A stretch of 64,000 nt of DNA from an uncultured delta proteobacterium (GTDB lineage Bacteria; Myxococcota; Myxococcia; Myxococcales; Myxococcaceae): positions 384,001-448,000 of the forward strand of contig CAWCKH010000004.1 of the NCBI GenBank assembly GCA_963796055.1, in the 5' to 3' direction. The notes below the pieces were generated by a model. It saw only the letters and a list, made by a program, of their open reading frames with translations. It searched no databases and was not told the origin of the DNA. The translations under genes and the position numbers were made by a program. Of this stretch, positions 38,520 through 48,426 are shown one piece after another. The stretch's first letter is position 1. Every line of letters begins with the position of its first letter.

Positions 38520-39146
38520 ATGATCAACAGACTGCTCGCAATCGCCTTGGTTTCCTTCCCTTTTCTGGCCGCCGCACAGGTGGGGGCTCCCGACTCCGCC
38601 CCGCCCTCGGCCGCGGTCGAGCCTCCCGCTCCGCCGCCCGAGTCGGCTCCTCCGCCTCCGCCGGCCACCTTCGCGCCGCCCCCGCAGGCCGCTCGCGCCG
38701 CTCCGCCGCAGGCCGAGAGCGTGACTCTGCCGCCGACCGACGGGCAGTGGGTCTACACCAGCCAGTACGGCTGGGTCTGGATGCCCTACGGTGCCCGGTA
38801 CACTTACCTTCCGGTGGGCGGCGCCGTCCCGGACATGTACGTCTACTACCCTGCCTTCGGATGGCGGTGGGTGGTCGCGCCGTGGGTCTGGGGGCTCGGA
38901 CCGCAACCCTACTTCGGCGTCCACGGCGTGGTTCGCTTCACCTGGTGGGGCCGCGGCTTCGGCCGCTGGTACGGCTTCGCGCCGCGCTACGTCGGCTGGG
39001 GCGGGCGCGGGTACTGGGGTGGAGGGCGCTGGGTTGCTCCCCACCGCGTCTACGTCGCCCCGCACGTCGTCGCCCGGGCACCCGCGCGACTCGGGGTCCG
39101 CGGCTGGCATGGCGAGCGGGCCGCGCACGGACACGAGCATCGCTGA
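38520..39146 (+). CDS. Exported Pro-rich, Trp/Gly/Tyr-rich hypothetical protein
   Basis: Signal peptide, Pro/Ala linker, GQWVYTSQYGWVWMPY...FGWRWV.APW.WG.GP domain. Confidence 0.7.
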   Translation: MINRLLAIALVSFPFLAAAQVGAPDSAPPSAAVEPPAPPPESAPPPPPATFAPPPQAARAAPPQAESVTLPPTDGQWVYTSQYGWVWMPYGARYTYLPVGGAVPDMYVYYPAFGWRWVVAPWVWGLGPQPYFGVHGVVRFTWWGRGFGRWYGFAPRYVGWGGRGYWGGGRWVAPHRVYVAPHVVARAPARLGVRGWHGERAAHGHEHR

Positions 39147-39257
39147 GGCTGCAGCCCCGCGTCCGTCGTTTCCGTGCGCGCGCGCCGAGCACTGGTAAGG
39201 TGACGGCCTGACGCCGGCGGCTCGGTTCGGTCGTCGGTGGAGGAGGGCTAGGCCGCG

Positions 39258-40547
39258 ATGCTCCACAGGCGGGAGATCTCGCTCGTCGTCGCGCTCTCGT
39301 GCTCTGGCTGCGCCCTGATCTCCACCGCCGCACGGGCGGCCGGCTTCCTCTTCTACGAGACCGGAACCGCGGAGGTCGGCGCCGCCTCTGCCGGTCACGC
39401 CGCACGGGCCATCGATCCCTCGACCCTGCTCACCAACCCCGCGGGGATGACGCAGCTGCAGGGCACGCAGGTCCAGCTCGGAACACTGCTGGTCTACGGG
39501 CATCTCCACTTCGCTCCCGATTCGCAGACCGACGCCCGGCTGGGAGCGAACGACGGAGGCAATGCCGTCGGCGCGCTTCCCACCATCGGTGCCTTCGCCA
39601 CCTTCGCGCCGAACGAAGATCTGCGCTTCGGGGTGGGACTGTTCAACAACTTCGGCGCTCCCCAGTCCTGGGACCCGCCGTGGGTGGGCCGCTACTACAC
39701 GACCAAGACGACGCTCCTCGGATTCTCGCTCATGCCGGGCGTCGCCTGGCACATCGCCGACCGGCTCTCGGTGGGCGCGGCAGTCAACGTCATGTACGGC
39801 TACCTCAAGCAGGTGGCGGCAGTGCAGAACCTCGAGCCGCAGGCGACCGACGGGAGCATCGAGGTCTCCTCGAGCACCTGGGGATTCGGCGCCAACGCCG
39901 GCATCCTCTACGCCCTGTCTCCTGCGACGCGTTTCGGCCTCACCTACACCTCGCCGGTGAAGCTGAACTTCACCTCCACGCCGAGCTTCAGCGGCCTCGG
40001 CCCGGGGATCGGGGCCGCCCTTCGTGCCACCGGGCTGGACACCGCGGTGATCGATCTCGGGATGAAGGTTCCCCAGACGGTGATGCTCGGCTTCTCCCAG
40101 GCGATCGACGACCGCTGGACCGTCATGGGGGACGTGGGGTGGCAAAACTGGGCGGCGTTCGGGGCGGTCGAGATCGGGGTCACCATCTCCGACCCCAGGA
40201 GCCTGGTGACACAGATCAGCTATCGCGACACCTGGCACGCGGCGTTCGGGGCTCAGGTGCGGCTCTCCGAGCCCTGGCTGCTGAACTTCGGGATCGCCTA
40301 CGACTCCTCGATGACCAGCGACGACAACCGGAGCCTCTCGCTCTCGCTCGCCAGCCAGCTCCGACTCGGCGTTGGTGCACAGGTGGCGATCGACAAACAC
40401 TGGGACCTCGGGATGGCGTCCGAGCTCCTCTGGGGTGGAAGCCCGACGATCGATCGAGAGAACGGACCATTCTCCGGGCATGTCTCCGGGAGCTACGCCA
40501 GCACCTGGATTCTCTTCTTCGCCTTCAGCTTCACCTGGAAGGCATGA
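39258..40547 (+). CDS. OmpP1/FadL/TodX-family outer-membrane transporter
   Basis: AGF.FYE.G...G.A.AG.AA.A.D.ST...NPAGMTQL.GTQ hatch motif, followed by beta strands. Confidence 0.92.
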   Translation: MLHRREISLVVALSCSGCALISTAARAAGFLFYETGTAEVGAASAGHAARAIDPSTLLTNPAGMTQLQGTQVQLGTLLVYGHLHFAPDSQTDARLGANDGGNAVGALPTIGAFATFAPNEDLRFGVGLFNNFGAPQSWDPPWVGRYYTTKTTLLGFSLMPGVAWHIADRLSVGAAVNVMYGYLKQVAAVQNLEPQATDGSIEVSSSTWGFGANAGILYALSPATRFGLTYTSPVKLNFTSTPSFSGLGPGIGAALRATGLDTAVIDLGMKVPQTVMLGFSQAIDDRWTVMGDVGWQNWAAFGAVEIGVTISDPRSLVTQISYRDTWHAAFGAQVRLSEPWLLNFGIAYDSSMTSDDNRSLSLSLASQLRLGVGAQVAIDKHWDLGMASELLWGGSPTIDRENGPFSGHVSGSYASTWILFFAFSFTWKA

Positions 40548-40566
40548 GCGAGGGAGCCCCTCGCCC

Positions 40567-41844
40567 TCACCACCCGTCGAGGGCGTCCTCGAACAGGTGC
40601 GCGAGGTCCGCCTCGTCAACCGGTCGGGGGGAGAGCTTGGTCACCCGGGCCTGCGGGAGCGTTCCCTTCACCAGGGCCGGGATGTCCGACTTTCCATAGC
40701 CGACGGACCGCAGCCCGTTGGGCATCTTCAGCCGCTGCATGATGCCCACCAGTCGGTCGGAGAGGATCTTTCCCGCGTCCTCCGGTTTGGCCCTCGACAC
40801 GTCGGCACCGAGGATCTCCGCGGCGATCAGGTGCCGGTCCGGACAGGCCTGGGCGGTGAAGCGGAAGACCGCCGGGGCATTGAGGATGACAGACATCCCG
40901 TGGGGGACGATCGGGTGATCAGCCGGGAATCCCTCCGGTCGGAAATCGCGGACCATCCCCGAGACCGGATAGGACATCCCGTGCGGAAGGTGGACCCCGG
41001 CGTTCCCGAACCCGACGCCGGCGAAGGCGGCTGCGAGCTGCATCTTCTCCCGCGCCTCGTCGTCGTCCGGGTTCTCCACCGCCCGGACGAAGTACTTCGA
41101 CACCATGCGCATCGCCTCCAGTGACCAGACGTCGGAGATGGGATTGGAGCCCTGGTACGCGGGCCGCACCACCGGCCGGTCCGGCCTGGGGCGCTGGTGG
41201 TACGGCAGCGCGGTGAAGGACTCGATGGCGTGGCTCAGCACGTCGAAGCCGCTGGTCGCCGCGACCTGGGGCGGCATGCTCCGCGTGTTCTCCGGGTCGA
41301 GGATTCCCAGCAGCGGCTTCAGCCTCCGGTGGGCGATGCCGGTCTTCGCGTGGAGCGGCGTGTAGTCGAAGATGGCAACCCCGGTGGTCTCGCTCCCGGT
41401 TCCGGCGGTGGTGGGGACCGCGATCAGCGGCTTGAGGGGCCCAGGCACGGGCTTGCCCTTCCCGATGGGCGCGTTGACGTAGTCGAGGAACTCCGCCGGG
41501 TAGGTGGCGTAGAGGTCGGCCGCCTTCGCAGTGTCGATGGTGGATCCCCCTCCCACCGCGACGAAGGCGTCGAAACCACCCTGGGTGGCGAACTCGATCG
41601 CGTCGCGGAACGAGGCGTCGTTTGGCTCGACCCGCACCCGATCGAACAGGGCATGGGTGATCCCGTTGTCCCGCAGGGACTGCAAGACCGTGGCCACCGG
41701 CTGGAGCCTGGTCAGGGTGGGATCGGTGAGGACCATGACCTTCTGCGCCTTCATCTCCGCCAGGTCCATCCCCACCTCGCGGGTGACGCCTCGCCCGAAG
41801 CGGATGCTCGAGGCAGCCATCTCGAACGCGTACTCGAGAGCCAT
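40567..41844 (-). CDS. Hydroxyacid-oxoacid transhydrogenase (HOT/ADHFE1-like iron-containing ADH)
   Basis: EYAFEMAASSIRFG.GVT.EVGMD, GGGSTID, RPAYQGSNPISD.W, GVHLPHGMSYPVSG. Confidence 0.93.
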   Translation of the reverse strand: MALEYAFEMAASSIRFGRGVTREVGMDLAEMKAQKVMVLTDPTLTRLQPVATVLQSLRDNGITHALFDRVRVEPNDASFRDAIEFATQGGFDAFVAVGGGSTIDTAKAADLYATYPAEFLDYVNAPIGKGKPVPGPLKPLIAVPTTAGTGSETTGVAIFDYTPLHAKTGIAHRRLKPLLGILDPENTRSMPPQVAATSGFDVLSHAIESFTALPYHQRPRPDRPVVRPAYQGSNPISDVWSLEAMRMVSKYFVRAVENPDDDEAREKMQLAAAFAGVGFGNAGVHLPHGMSYPVSGMVRDFRPEGFPADHPIVPHGMSVILNAPAVFRFTAQACPDRHLIAAEILGADVSRAKPEDAGKILSDRLVGIMQRLKMPNGLRSVGYGKSDIPALVKGTLPQARVTKLSPRPVDEADLAHLFEDALDGW

Positions 41845-42080
41845 GGATCCTCCTCGGAAACGGTCCGTCGGCCGGCGACTGTACCTTCTCGCGCCCGCGT
41901 GGGTAGCGCCGACCGGACAGGCAGGCGGCGATGGTCGAACGATCAGTCGGGCGCCGGGGAGCGTCGGATCCTCAACCGATCGCTGACACCGCAGCCGCCC
42001 GGCTCCGCAACGCCCCTCGAGGACCGTGTCCCTCCGGCTGGGTGCGAAGGTTCGTTCTCGACGTGCCCGGGAGGCGGAAA

Positions 42081-42563
42081 ATGAAGAACGTCCTGCTCGT
42101 CGTGATGCTGATTTCGGCCGTGATGGCGATGACTGTGGCTTGCAGCGATGACGAATCACAGCCTCAGCCGAAGGTGTTCAACATCACGCTCTCGCCCGCG
42201 AACGAGACGCCCCCCTGTCCTGACGCGGGGCCCAATGCGACGGGAACGGCCAAGGTGACGATTCCCACCGACAACGCATCGGTGGTCGTCGACGTGACCT
42301 ACTCGGGCCTCTCGGGGCCGGTGACCATAGCTCACATCCACGCCGGGACCTCGGCAGCGCCCGGCCCGGTGGTTCTCCCCTTCAGCTCTCCGCTCGATTC
42401 GCCGTTCAGCAAGACCCTCACCGCGGCGGACTACCTCGCCGCGACGGGCGCTCCGGCGGACTTCGCGACCTTCGTCACAGCCCTCAAGGGCGGTGGGGCT
42501 GGCTACGTGAACCTCCACACCAACGATTGCAAGCCCGGGGAAATCCGCGCCGAGGTCCAGTGA
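42081..42563 (+). CDS. CHRD-domain lipoprotein
   Basis: Lipobox TVAC; ANE.P, SGLSG..T.AHIH.G....GPVV, YVNLHT...PGEIR. Confidence 0.88.
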   Translation: MKNVLLVVMLISAVMAMTVACSDDESQPQPKVFNITLSPANETPPCPDAGPNATGTAKVTIPTDNASVVVDVTYSGLSGPVTIAHIHAGTSAAPGPVVLPFSSPLDSPFSKTLTAADYLAATGAPADFATFVTALKGGGAGYVNLHTNDCKPGEIRAEVQ

Positions 42564-42587
42564 GTACGGCGCGCCTGGAGCCAGCGC

Positions 42588-43112
42588 TCACTTCTTGCGC
42601 TTCTCGTACGTCCCGACCAGCTCGGCGCTGCCCACCACGTGCCCCTGCATCGCCTTCAGCAGATCCGCCTTGGTGGGCTTGCCGAGATCGGGCAGCACGG
42701 TGTCCAGCGCGTACAGCTTGAAGAAGTACCGATGGCGTCCGATGGGTGGGCACGGGCCTCCGTAGCCGGGCTTCTTCCAGTCGTTCAGCCCGTCCCTGGC
42801 TCCCTGCGGAGGCGTCCTCGACGCGCCTTCGGCGAGGGCGGTGGTCTGGGGCGGCACGTCGTAGAGGACCCAGTGCACCCAGGTCATCTTCGGTGCGCTC
42901 GGATCGGGCGCGTCGGGGTCGTCGACGATCAGCGCCAGACTCTTCGCCGAGGGAGGAACCCCGCTCCAGGCGAGGGGAGGCGAGGTGTCGTTCCCCTCGC
43001 AGGTGTACTTCTCCGGGATCGACCCCTGAGAGGTGAAGCTCGGTGACGAGAGTTGCATTCGCGCCTCCGCGATCAGCAGGCCAAGAATGAGGAGCATCCC
43101 ACGCGTTGGCAT
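42588..43112 (-). CDS. YbhB/YbcL (PEBP/RKIP-like) protein
   Basis: IP.KYTCEG..SPPL.W, DDPDAP, WVHW, YGGPCPP.G.HRY.F.LYALD. Start uncertain. Confidence 0.93.
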   Translation of the reverse strand: MPTRGMLLILGLLIAEARMQLSSPSFTSQGSIPEKYTCEGNDTSPPLAWSGVPPSAKSLALIVDDPDAPDPSAPKMTWVHWVLYDVPPQTTALAEGASRTPPQGARDGLNDWKKPGYGGPCPPIGRHRYFFKLYALDTVLPDLGKPTKADLLKAMQGHVVGSAELVGTYEKRKK

Positions 43113-43186
43113 GCCCGGAACTCTAGGCCTCCGGGAACGAGGAGGCGATGGCTCGGGGGACGTCCGCGTGCTATGGAAAACTGACC

Positions 43187-43693
43187 ATGTCGGAGTCACG
43201 CGAGGTTCGCTGCTACGACTACGTGACCGTGCCCTACGGTCGGGTCCGCGACCTTCTGCACTCCGACGCCGCCGGCATCTTCGCCCGCGCCACCGCCACT
43301 GCGAATGACCGCGCGCGCGAGCTCGTGGCCACCCTGCGCCTGAATGTGGGGCCGGCGGAGGTCGGGGTCGACGTCCGTCTGGAAATCACGGGCATCACCG
43401 ACGAGGTCACGGCGGTGGGCGACCCGCGGACGCGCCTCGACTTCAGCTGGCAAGCGACCCGGAGCGCCGGGTGGTTTCCCACGATGGAAGCCACGCTCAG
43501 CGCGTATCCGCTCTCGGCGCAGGAGACGCAGCTCGACCTGCACGGCCGGTATCGCCCCCCGCTGGGGACCCTGGGGACGGCGGTGGATGCCACTGTGGGG
43601 CATCGGGTCGCCGAGGCCACGGTGCTGCGCCTGCTCCGCGATCTCCGGACGGCGATCATCACCGAGCTCGGGGCAGGAGCCGGTTCGGCGTAA
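43187..43693 (+). CDS. Hypothetical protein (possible SRPBCC-like fold)
   Basis: W.A....FPTMEA.L..YPL....TQL.L.G.Y.PPLG..G..VD...GHRVAEATV; GC3-biased codons. Confidence 0.7.
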   Translation: MSESREVRCYDYVTVPYGRVRDLLHSDAAGIFARATATANDRARELVATLRLNVGPAEVGVDVRLEITGITDEVTAVGDPRTRLDFSWQATRSAGWFPTMEATLSAYPLSAQETQLDLHGRYRPPLGTLGTAVDATVGHRVAEATVLRLLRDLRTAIITELGAGAGSA

Positions 43694-43748
43694 CCACTCC
43701 GCTGCGCCCGGCTGACCGCCGTCGAGCGTTCGGCACTGGTCCCCTTCC

Positions 43749-43784
43749 CGACAGACGGGTGTGTCGACACGCGACGGTGTGTCG
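43749..43784. promoter_or_regulatory. Tandem inverted repeats (CGACA..TGTCG x2); candidate enhancer site for a sigma-54 activator
   Basis: CGACA-N8-TGTCG overlaps CGACA-N10-TGTCG, about 75-110 nt upstream of the -24 box. Confidence 0.45.
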
Positions 43785-43856
43785 GTGCGCAGGGTCGAGG
43801 AGCTCGATCGGCAAGAGGTCCCGCGGACTTGCTGGGCGAACCGCCGCCGCCGACGG

Positions 43857-43872
43857 TGGCACACCGGTTGCT
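43857..43872 (+). promoter_or_regulatory. Sigma-54 (-24/-12) promoter
   Basis: TGGCAC-ACCGG-TTGCT, an exact match to TGGCAC-N5-TTGCW, in intergenic DNA 18 nt before an ATG. Confidence 0.75.
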
Positions 43873-43889
43873 CCAGGGGTCGTCCGGCC

Positions 43890-44222
43890 ATGGATGCCGG
43901 GAAGCAGCCTCGCGGAGCCAGCGATCGTCGCCGTACCCCCTCGCGACGCCAGGTCGCCGTGCTGGGAGTCACCGTCTGCGTGTTCGCCGCCGTGGCGCTG
44001 GCCGAGCAGGGCGACGCTCCGGTCACGCCGCTTCACGAGGCGGTCCAACGCGCCACAGCCACAGGAGAGTCTCTCGCCGGCCGCGGCGAACGGTGCCTGG
44101 CCGGCGGGGCAGGAGACCTCGCGCGCCACCCTCCTGCCCGAACCGATTGCCCCAGCCACGACCTGCCCCGTGAAGCCGGTATCGCCCGGCCGCCACGATG
44201 GAGCGCCGGCTGGGCACGCTGA
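43890..44222 (+). CDS. Small hypothetical exported/membrane-anchored protein
   Basis: ATG just downstream of the sigma-54 promoter; basic N-region, SRRQVAVLGVTVCVFAAVALA-E segment. The stop lies 3 nt before the next gene. Confidence 0.5.
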   Translation: MDAGKQPRGASDRRRTPSRRQVAVLGVTVCVFAAVALAEQGDAPVTPLHEAVQRATATGESLAGRGERCLAGGAGDLARHPPARTDCPSHDLPREAGIARPPRWSAGWAR

Positions 44223-44225
44223 GCG

Positions 44226-45215
44226 GTGGGAGTCGGCGTCTGCGCAGCACTCCTCGCGGCGACGACGGCCGCCGCGCCGATTCCGCTCCAGCCGATTCCC
44301 TGGCGTGACCCGGCCCCACTGGGCCGCCTGTTCCTCCAGCAACCGTTCGAGGCCCCACGACCCGAGGGTTCCGGCCTGAGCGTTCAGATGCTCTCCGCCA
44401 ACCTCCTCATGAAGGGCGGTCGCGCCGGTGGATTCGAGTACACCGTGGACGAGGAGATCGCCTCCTTCTCGGTGACCGGGCAGCTGGTCCTCGCAGAGCG
44501 GTGGGGCCTGAGCGTCAGCGTGCCGCTGGTGCTGCAGTACGGAGGCTGGCTGGATCCGGTCATCGACGGAGTGGAGAAGCTGGTCGGCGCGAGCTCCGCG
44601 CGGCGGGGCACCACCTCGTTCCAGACCGTCGTCCGCTTTGCCACCCCGGGCGGCCGGGTGGTCGAACGGGACGGGCCTTCGGCCTCCATCGGGGACCTCA
44701 CACTCGGGGCACAGGGGTGGCTGGTGAAGCAGGACGGGTTCCGCCCTGCCCTGGCGCTCCGCGTGGCGCTGAAGGCCCCCACGGGGGGACCGCTGGTGGG
44801 GAGCGGCACCTGGGACGTCGGTGGCGGCCTGCTGGCCGGCTGGGAGGCGGGGTTCTTCGCGGCCCATCTGGCGTTCGACGTCGCCGTGCCGACCGGGAGG
44901 CTCCGCGTGCTGGACCTGCCCACCCGTCCGTACGCCTCGGTCCAGGTGGGCTTCGCCTTCCGGGTCGACGAGGCGGTCGCGCTTCACCTCCAGCTGAGCG
45001 GCCACACGCCTCCCCTCCGGGTGGACGACGCGCCGGGCTTGTCGGAGTCGACCTTCTACATCCTGGCTGGCGCGGACTGGCAGCTGGCTCCCGGCACCAG
45101 CATTGCCCTCTCGATGGCGGAGAATTTCCTCAGCCCCGGCCGAGGTGCCGACTTCTCGGTGCTTCTCGGGTTCCGCCTGACCCCCGGGGCGGCGGGCGGC
45201 GGGGGGTCGTGGTAA
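44226..45215 (+). CDS. DUF3187-like exported outer-membrane protein
   Basis: Signal peptide; P.P.RD.APLG.LF, VP....GGWLDP.I, IGD.TL, LKAPTG...GSG.WD, EN......DF. Confidence 0.7.
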   Translation: MGVGVCAALLAATTAAAPIPLQPIPWRDPAPLGRLFLQQPFEAPRPEGSGLSVQMLSANLLMKGGRAGGFEYTVDEEIASFSVTGQLVLAERWGLSVSVPLVLQYGGWLDPVIDGVEKLVGASSARRGTTSFQTVVRFATPGGRVVERDGPSASIGDLTLGAQGWLVKQDGFRPALALRVALKAPTGGPLVGSGTWDVGGGLLAGWEAGFFAAHLAFDVAVPTGRLRVLDLPTRPYASVQVGFAFRVDEAVALHLQLSGHTPPLRVDDAPGLSESTFYILAGADWQLAPGTSIALSMAENFLSPGRGADFSVLLGFRLTPGAAGGGGSW

Positions 45216-45255
45216 GAACCGGGGAGCTCACTCCGTCACCGTCGAGGAGGCGCCC

Positions 45256-45756
45256 GTGTTCGAGCTCAAGCCGCTGCGCGCCGAGGCCATCCCCGCTGCG
45301 CTCGCCAAGGCCGAGCGATATCGCCTGCTGAACGAGCCCGAGCAGGCCGAGAGCATCTGCCAGGACGTGCTCCGCACCGAGCCCGAGAACCAGCAGGCCA
45401 TCACCTTGTACTTGCTGGCGGTGACCGACAGCTTCCGCACCACCCAAACGCCGGACGTTCGACGGGCGCGGGCGCTCCTCGACCACTTCGCGTCCGAGTA
45501 CGACCGTTGCTACTACGCCGGCATCGTCGAGGAGCGCCTCGCCCGCGCCAGGCTCGAGTCCGGCGGCCCGCTCGGCCCCCAGGAGGCCTACGCCGGGTTT
45601 CGCAGCGCGATGCGCTGGTACGCGCAGGCCGAGGCGCTCCGCCCGCCCGGGAACGACGATGCCATCCTCCGCTGGAACACCTGCGCGCGGGTGCTGATGG
45701 AGAACGCGCACCTCCGTCCCTCGATCGACGAGCCCGCCGAGCTGCGTCTCGAGTAG
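45256..45756 (+). CDS. Conserved hypothetical helical (TPR-like) protein
   Basis: GAGGAGG RBS; ALAKAERYRLLNEP.QAESIC.DVL, YYAGI..ER, NDDAILRWNTCAR. Confidence 0.8.
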   Translation: MFELKPLRAEAIPAALAKAERYRLLNEPEQAESICQDVLRTEPENQQAITLYLLAVTDSFRTTQTPDVRRARALLDHFASEYDRCYYAGIVEERLARARLESGGPLGPQEAYAGFRSAMRWYAQAEALRPPGNDDAILRWNTCARVLMENAHLRPSIDEPAELRLE

Positions 45757-45853
45757 TCGCTGCGGCGCGAATCGTCATTGACACCCCGGGGCTGTCCCCG
45801 GAGACTTTCGCGCCATCGTCGGCGAGGCTCCTCGCCCCTGGACGGAGGTCCGG

Positions 45854-46633
45854 ATGTCGGCCGTTGCCCCGCAGGCGCCGCCCACCTCGATGGCCATGCG
45901 TGCGCCCCTGCGAGAGGACGCCTGGTGGGTGAAGCCGACCCTGACCGCGATCGTCCTCCTCGGGTTCGTCGTCTACGCCACCTGGGCCGGGCTCCAGAAC
46001 GCGAACTACTACGTTGCGCCCTACCTCTCCCCCTTCTACTCGCCCTGCCTGAGCGCGAACTGCGTGCACACCGACCTGCCCTTGCTCGGGGACTGGTGGA
46101 GATGGTCGCCGGCCATCCTCATCCTCTGGGCGCCCGGCGGCTTCCGGCTGACCTGCTACTACTACCGCAAGGCATACTACCGCTCCCTGGTCTGGGCCCC
46201 GCCGGCATGCGCGGTGCCGGACGCCCGCGCCAGGTACTTCGGCGAGCGCCGCTTCCCCCTCATCCTCCAGAACCTCCACCGCTACTTCTTCTATCTCTCC
46301 ATCCCCATCCTGGTGTTCCTGTGGTGGGACGCGATCCGGGCCTTCCGCTTCGCCGATGGCGTCGGCGTCGGGGTGGGGACGCTGGTCCTGGTGGCCAACG
46401 CCTCGCTGCTCAGCCTGTACACGCTCTCCTGTCACTCCTGCCGGCACGTCTGCGGAGGGAATCTGAAGGTCTTCTCGACGCACCCCACCCGCTACCGGCT
46501 GTGGAAGAGGTTGACCGTCCTCAACGCACGGCATGCGGAGATCGCCTGGGTCAGCCTCTTCGGAGTGGCGCTGACCGACCTCTACGTCCGCCTCCTCGCC
46601 ACGGGCGCGATCCGTGACCTGAGGCTCTTCTGA
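45854..46633 (+). CDS. Succinate dehydrogenase membrane anchor, mycobacterial Sdh1 (type F)-like
   Basis: YLSPFYSP, FRLTCYYYRKAYYR, PPAC, GE.RFPLILQNLHRYF, SCHSCRH..GG, RH; directly upstream of sdhA. Confidence 0.88.
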   Translation: MSAVAPQAPPTSMAMRAPLREDAWWVKPTLTAIVLLGFVVYATWAGLQNANYYVAPYLSPFYSPCLSANCVHTDLPLLGDWWRWSPAILILWAPGGFRLTCYYYRKAYYRSLVWAPPACAVPDARARYFGERRFPLILQNLHRYFFYLSIPILVFLWWDAIRAFRFADGVGVGVGTLVLVANASLLSLYTLSCHSCRHVCGGNLKVFSTHPTRYRLWKRLTVLNARHAEIAWVSLFGVALTDLYVRLLATGAIRDLRLF

Positions 46634-48423
46634 TGGCCGAGTACGAGACGCACGAGCACGACGTCGTCGTCATCGGCGCCGGCGGAGCGGGCCTGCGTGC
46701 CGCCATCGAGGCCTCGGCCCAGGGTGCCGACACCGCGCTGATCTGCAAGTCGCTCCTGGGCAAGGCCCACACGGTCATGGCCGAGGGAGGCATCGCCGCC
46801 GCCCTGGGCAACGTCTGGCCCGAGGACAACTGGAAGGTCCACTTCCGCGACACCATGCGCGGGGGGAAGCTGCTCAACAACTGGCGCATGGCGCAGCTCC
46901 ATGCCCAGGAGGCGCCGGCCCGGGTGCTGGAGCTGGAGGAGTGGGGCGCGCTCTTCGACCGGACGAAGGATGGGCTCATCCTCCAGCGCGACTTCGGCGG
47001 GCACCGCTACGCGCGGCTGGCCCACGTGGGCGACCGGACCGGGCTGGAGATGATCCGCACCCTCCAGCAGCACGCGGTGCACAAGGGAATCACCGTCTAC
47101 ATGGAGTGCACGCTGGTGAGCCTCCTCAAGGACGGCGACCGGGTGTGCGGAGCGTTCGGCTACTGGCGCGAGTCGGGGAAGTTCGTGGTCTTCAAGGCGA
47201 AGGCGGTGGTGCTGGCCACCGGCGGCATCGGCAAGGCGTGGGAGTTCACCTCCAACTCCTGGGAGTACACCGGAGACGGGGTGGCGATGGCCCTGGAGGC
47301 GGGAGCCGAGCTGATCGACATGGAGTGTTACCAGTTCCATCCCACCGGGATGGTCTGGCCGCACAGCGTGCGGGGAATCCTGGTCACCGAGGGCGTGCGC
47401 GGCGACGGAGGCGTGCTCCGGAACTCGCAGGGACGCCGCTTCATGTTCGACTACATCCCCGAGTTCTTCAGGAAGGAGACCGCCGACTCCGAGGCCGAGG
47501 CCGACCGCTGGTACACCGACAAGAAGAACAACCGCCGTCCACCCGAGCTGCTGCCCCGTGACGAGGTGGCCCGGGCGATCAACGCCGAGGTGAAGGCGGG
47601 CCGCGGCAGCCCACACGGCGGCGTCTTCCTCGACATCGCCACCCGCCGGGACGCGGAGACCATCAAGCGTCGCCTGCCGTCGATGTACCACCAGTTCAAG
47701 GAGCTGGCGGACGTGGACATCACCACCACCCCGATGGAGGTCGGGCCGACCGCCCACTACATGAACGGCGGCGTGCGGGTGGATGCGGAGACCGAGGCCA
47801 CCGCGGTTTCCGGACTGTACGCCGCGGGGGAGGTCGCCGGCGGGCTACACGGCGCCAACCGGCTGGGGGGCAATTCCCTCTCGGACCTCGTGGTCTTCGG
47901 CCGGCGCGCCGGAGCGGCCGCGGCGGCGTACGCGAAATCGGTCAGCAGGACACTCTCCATCGATGCCGGTCGCCTTGAAGCGCTGGCCCGGGAGGCCCTG
48001 GCCCCGTTCGATCCCGGTGGCACCGAGAACCCGTACACCCTTCACCACGAGCTGCAGAAGACGATGCAGTCGGACGTGGGCATCATCCGGGTCCAGCAAG
48101 AGCTCGAGCGGGCGGTGAAGAAGATCGGCGAGCTGCGTGCCCGGCTGAAGCACGTCCGGGTCGAGGGACATCGCCAGTACAACCCCGGGTGGCACCTGGC
48201 GCTGGATCTTCGCTCGCTCTTCCTCTGCGCCGAGGCCGTGGCCCGGTCGGCGATCGAGCGGAAGGAGAGCCGCGGCGGACATGCCCGCGACGACTACCCG
48301 AAGCCCGATCCGGCCTTCGCCAGGGTGAACATGGTGGTGCGCAAGCGGGGCGACGGCTTGGTGGTGACACCTGAGCCCATCCCCCCGATGCCCGAGGAGT
48401 TGAAGGCTCTGCTCGAGGGGTGA
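46633..48423 (+). CDS. sdhA: Succinate dehydrogenase/fumarate reductase flavoprotein subunit
   Basis: IGAGGAG, AHTVMAEGG (FAD His), QFHPTG, TEGVRGDGG, HYMNGG, HGANRLGGNSL, ESRGGH. Confidence 0.96.
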   Translation: MAEYETHEHDVVVIGAGGAGLRAAIEASAQGADTALICKSLLGKAHTVMAEGGIAAALGNVWPEDNWKVHFRDTMRGGKLLNNWRMAQLHAQEAPARVLELEEWGALFDRTKDGLILQRDFGGHRYARLAHVGDRTGLEMIRTLQQHAVHKGITVYMECTLVSLLKDGDRVCGAFGYWRESGKFVVFKAKAVVLATGGIGKAWEFTSNSWEYTGDGVAMALEAGAELIDMECYQFHPTGMVWPHSVRGILVTEGVRGDGGVLRNSQGRRFMFDYIPEFFRKETADSEAEADRWYTDKKNNRRPPELLPRDEVARAINAEVKAGRGSPHGGVFLDIATRRDAETIKRRLPSMYHQFKELADVDITTTPMEVGPTAHYMNGGVRVDAETEATAVSGLYAAGEVAGGLHGANRLGGNSLSDLVVFGRRAGAAAAAYAKSVSRTLSIDAGRLEALAREALAPFDPGGTENPYTLHHELQKTMQSDVGIIRVQQELERAVKKIGELRARLKHVRVEGHRQYNPGWHLALDLRSLFLCAEAVARSAIERKESRGGHARDDYPKPDPAFARVNMVVRKRGDGLVVTPEPIPPMPEELKALLEG

Positions 48424-48426
48424 CGG

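Noticed and set aside
45778..45806. Sigma-70 promoter before the sdh operon (TTGACA-N17-GAGACT)
   Set aside because: The -35 is perfect but the -10 is weak; plausible, but not supportable enough to call.
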